The position numbers were made by a program, and so were the translations under genes. Below the pieces are notes generated by a model. It was not told the origin of the DNA, searched no databases, and was given only the letters and a program-made list of their open reading frames with translations. From NCBI GenBank assembly GCA_905233405.1, contig CAJOEG010000017.1, forward strand, positions 1-33,942: 33,942 bases of DNA. Direction: 5' to 3'. Below are positions 33,378-33,942 of the stretch, piece after piece. The stretch's first letter is position 1. Every line of letters starts with the position of its first letter. Source of the stretch: an uncultured Bacteroidales bacterium (GTDB lineage: Bacteria; Bacteroidota; Bacteroidia; Bacteroidales; ML635J-15).

Positions 33378-33942
33378 CTATATAAGTATTCTTGTTTTCT
33401 TCCTATATTCAGCGTATCCGGGTTTGTTTTTCAACTGGCGTTTTTCCATCAGAGGAATGCTGATGCCGAGAAATAGGGCTGTCATTGCTATCGGGCAGCA
33501 AATAAACCAGTTGAAACCGTTGAGCGAAGCGTACATTATCCATATTCCCCACCAGAATTGCACTTCTCCGAAATAATTCGGATGCCGTCCGTGTTTCCAT
33601 AGTCCTACATTGCAGTATTGTCCAGGATGTGTGGCACGGAAATCGTGAATTTGTTTGTCGGCGATAAGCTGAATGGTTGCTGACGAAAGGCATACGACAA
33701 AACCAAACCAAGTAAGGACATTTGCTGTTTCAACAGTCTCGTAAATCATAAGTCCTGGTAGCATGGCGGCAAAGACGACAAGCGTCGGCATCATATTCAG
33801 TCCGAAGAAATTTATTAGATGGAAAATAATTGGATGCTGAGTTTCTCGGTAGTGCGTATAACGCCAGTCCTCATGCGCGATGCCTTTGAAGGTGATTGCC
33901 CAGTTCCGCGTAAGACGAATGCCCCAGTACCACGATGCGACA
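33378..33942 (-). CDS. DUF1295 / steroid 5-alpha-reductase-like membrane protein, 5'-truncated at the window edge
   Basis: The frame stays open from 33794 to 33942 (...WYWGIRLTRNWAITFKGIAHEDWRYTHYRE...). It contains the conserved GLWKHGRHPNYFGEVQFWWG motif. Confidence 0.8.
   Translation of the reverse strand, partial: VASWYWGIRLTRNWAITFKGIAHEDWRYTHYRETQHPIIFHLINFFGLNMMPTLVVFAAMLPGLMIYETVETANVLTWFGFVVCLSSATIQLIADKQIHDFRATHPGQYCNVGLWKHGRHPNYFGEVQFWWGIWIMYASLNGFNWFICCPIAMTALFLGISIPLMEKRQLKNKPGYAEYRKKTRILI

Overview
This window reads as a Bacteroidota, probably Bacteroidales, chromosomal segment around dnaA. Three things support that placement: a T9SS C-terminal sorting domain, repeated TTTG-N19-21-TAnnTTTG promoter motifs, and no obvious Shine-Dalgarno sites. 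The housekeeping core is thrS-infC-rpmI-rplT, fumC, asnB, dnaA, tRNA-Cys and a 55-aa 2x[4Fe-4S] ferredoxin that falls below the ORF-track cutoff. Accessory content: a 5'-truncated giant modular T9SS cargo protein, a YtrA/GntR-ABC-GIN-domain operon, a GT2 plus a flippase, a higBA toxin-antitoxin pair next to the tRNA, a MORN-variant repeat protein, and a LuxE-like acyl-protein synthetase. The most interesting locus is a six-ORF minus-strand cluster (7453..10577). It is built around a short activase-like radical SAM enzyme. Upstream sit two tandem paralogs sharing a C-x5-C-x3-C-x2-C domain, one of which places that domain in front of a lipoprotein signal peptide. There is also an unlisted 50-aa Pro/Glu-rich ORF or frame-shifted tail, and two secreted proteins lie downstream. 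Other notable signals:
- an exactly 10-bp-phased GTTTGA array
- a dispersed 3'-flank repeat family with two copies
- a GC-rich REP-like element inserted in frame into a T9SS sorting domain
- identical 17-aa repeats recoded at 12 of 17 codons
- four apparent +1 frame disruptions
- a 529-bp AT-rich candidate oriC upstream of dnaA
All family assignments rest on motif reading and memory; no searches were run.
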